A stretch of DNA of 64,000 nucleotides, taken from Schizochytrium sp. TIO01. Lineage: Eukaryota > Protista > Bigyra: Labyrinthulomycetes. Location of the stretch: positions 2,580,747 through 2,644,746 of the forward strand of contig SMSO01000037.1 of assembly GCA_004764695.1 (NCBI GenBank), written 5' to 3'. The notes beneath the pieces are model-generated. The model worked only from the letters and a program-made list of their open reading frames with translations. It had not been told where the DNA came from and did not search any database. Numbering within the stretch: the stretch's first letter is position 1; the number at the start of each line of letters is the position of its first letter. The position numbers were made by a program, and so were the translations under genes. This document shows positions 62,268-64,000 of this stretch, piece after piece.

Positions 62268-64000
62268 ATGGAACATGTACGAGCTGCTGCAGCAGTTTCG
62301 CCGAGCAGGTCAGCCGTAGCATCAGATCCGACAGCAACAACAGAAGATCTTGCTTCTGGCCAACCTGGTGCTGGAGCTCAGCATGGCGCAGATAAAAACT
62401 CGATACGAACTAGCATTGCAGACCATGGGAGGATTCTCACAGAGCAAGTTATTGGCGAATGGGAGAGGCGGAAATCAATTCAGAAAGACTTCAGTACACA
62501 TGATGACATTGGTGACATCGGTAGCCCTGAAGACAAATGCATCAACAGTATAAATGACCACGGATATAGTACTCCAAGAGTATCAATAAGCTTGGCACCA
62601 AATATCTTTAGCACTGCAAAATCTCAGAGCTCGCTGTTCTCAAATAGTGAGTTACGTAGACTATCTACGATGCAATCACAGTGCCTTGATCACGGGAGGC
62701 CAGAGACAATCGATGAAATTTCTGTAGCAGAGCAGGCTGTTCCTAGTATTGAAGAGACGGTTTTAGTCCAGAGCTCAAAGGATCGTCTACTGAGCGACCT
62801 GAGAAACGATTGTTGCTCATGTTTGCCAGTTTTACGACCGGATTCACATGCGCGAGTATACTGGGACCTTTTAGCAGTTGTAGCACTGGTTTACATCGCC
62901 TTAGTGACACCTGTTCGTATAGGGTTTGAAGTGGAGTCTAAAGCTGGAAGCTTTGATTTTATTTTTGAACAATGCTTAGATCTCTTTTTTCTGATGGACA
63001 TTGTTTTAAACTTTCGAACTGGGTACTTATCCAAAGATGGTGGGGTAGTCTTAAGGCCTACAAAGATAGCTCGAAATTATGTCCAAACTTACTTTCTTAT
63101 TGACCTCGTCAGCTCTGTGCCGATTGACCTTTTCATCAGTTCTGCTGAGCACTTGGAGTCTGCAAAAGTTCTAAAGGCTGGCAAAATTCTCAAGGTAGGG
63201 AGGATTCTCAAGTTGACTAAGCTAGCACGCCTAATGAAATTGCCTCACCTTGTAGAGCGTTTTGAAGATGACATACAAATGAGCGTGATACGGCTCAAGT
63301 TGTCACGCCTTTTGTTTGCAACAGCTTTGTTTTCTCACCTCAATGCCTGTGGATGGGCGTTGGTGTCTCATTTAACAGATTCGTTCTATTACGATTCGTG
63401 GATGCGCAAGAACGAGATGATAGATGAATCTGTTTTATCTCAGTATATCGCTGCAATCTATTGGTCGATCATGACGATGACCACGGTTGGATACGGAGAC
63501 ATTAGTCCCCAGACAGATTCAGAACGTGTATATTCGATTGCGACAATGGTCTTTGGCGGGTGCTTCTATGCATACGTTATTGCGACGCTTTCTTCAATCG
63601 TTACAAATCAAGATGCGAACCAGCGGCTTGTATCAGAACGAATGGACAGTATCCAATCATTTATGCGTATTCGCAGGTTTCCAAAGCAGCTGATGCGTCG
63701 TGTTCGGAAATACTATCGTCATTACTACGAGATGAAATCTGCTCTGCATGAGTCAGCAATCCTAGAGGATCTTTCCCCTGCTCTACGAAGCGAAGTTGTC
63801 CTTTTCTTGGTAGATCGTTCTGTGATGCAAAATCCTCTGTTTCAACAAATGTCACCGAAAAGCTTTGCTCGCCTACTACGAATTTTATATCCACTCAAAC
63901 TTGAGAAGGATGAGTTTCTTTTCCATGAGGGTGACATTGGAGAGGAAATGTTCATGATTATTTCTGGGCGAGTTCAAGTAATTGATGCAAATGGCGAAGT
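62268..64000 (+). CDS. Voltage-gated K+ channel with cyclic-nucleotide-binding domain (EAG/AKT/CNBD family), 3' truncated by the window
   Basis: Open frame from ATG 62268, absent from the ORF track because no stop lies in the window: PDSHARVYWDLL (S1), DIVLNFRTGY, basic S4, WSIMTMTTVGYGDISP filter (~63462-63509), C-linker, FHEGDIGEEMFMIISGRVQV. Confidence 0.92.
   Translation, partial: MEHVRAAAAVSPSRSAVASDPTATTEDLASGQPGAGAQHGADKNSIRTSIADHGRILTEQVIGEWERRKSIQKDFSTHDDIGDIGSPEDKCINSINDHGYSTPRVSISLAPNIFSTAKSQSSLFSNSELRRLSTMQSQCLDHGRPETIDEISVAEQAVPSIEETVLVQSSKDRLLSDLRNDCCSCLPVLRPDSHARVYWDLLAVVALVYIALVTPVRIGFEVESKAGSFDFIFEQCLDLFFLMDIVLNFRTGYLSKDGGVVLRPTKIARNYVQTYFLIDLVSSVPIDLFISSAEHLESAKVLKAGKILKVGRILKLTKLARLMKLPHLVERFEDDIQMSVIRLKLSRLLFATALFSHLNACGWALVSHLTDSFYYDSWMRKNEMIDESVLSQYIAAIYWSIMTMTTVGYGDISPQTDSERVYSIATMVFGGCFYAYVIATLSSIVTNQDANQRLVSERMDSIQSFMRIRRFPKQLMRRVRKYYRHYYEMKSALHESAILEDLSPALRSEVVLFLVDRSVMQNPLFQQMSPKSFARLLRILYPLKLEKDEFLFHEGDIGEEMFMIISGRVQVIDANGE

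Overview
Eukaryotic (protist) genomic DNA with GT-AG spliceosomal introns, CTRAC branch points, mostly intron-poor genes and microsatellite-rich intergenic tracts. A stramenopile, probably thraustochytrid-like, origin is an inference from style only. About 16 protein-coding genes are supported. Two things stand out. (1) At 579-12189 (minus strand), largely invisible in the ORF track, is a 28-exon gene. Its 24 consecutive exons of exactly 84 nt, all phase 2/phase 2, each encode one 28-aa RI-like leucine-rich repeat, followed by a coiled coil, a Ser/Thr kinase and a RING plus Rcat-like E3 module (~1,726 aa after fixing one 1-nt indel). Any combination of cassettes stays in frame and stop-free, so it is a candidate shufflable or alternatively spliced intracellular immune receptor. 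(2) At 35.4-50.4 kb a phospholipid N-methyltransferase, a TM alpha/beta-hydrolase, a membrane-anchored class-III PLP aminotransferase (GSA-aminomutase-like) and an Mpo1/DUF962-like His-motif membrane enzyme lie together, a candidate amino/betaine-lipid gene cluster. Other genes: MCU with a built-in EF-hand, an SCP2-PH-ABC1 kinase-beta-lactamase fusion, peroxisomal enoyl-CoA hydratase 2, ankyrin, SAM/PT-repeat, F-box and WD40 proteins, and a CNBD-type K+ channel running off the end. Four single-base frameshifts, three in G/C homopolymers, look like assembly errors.
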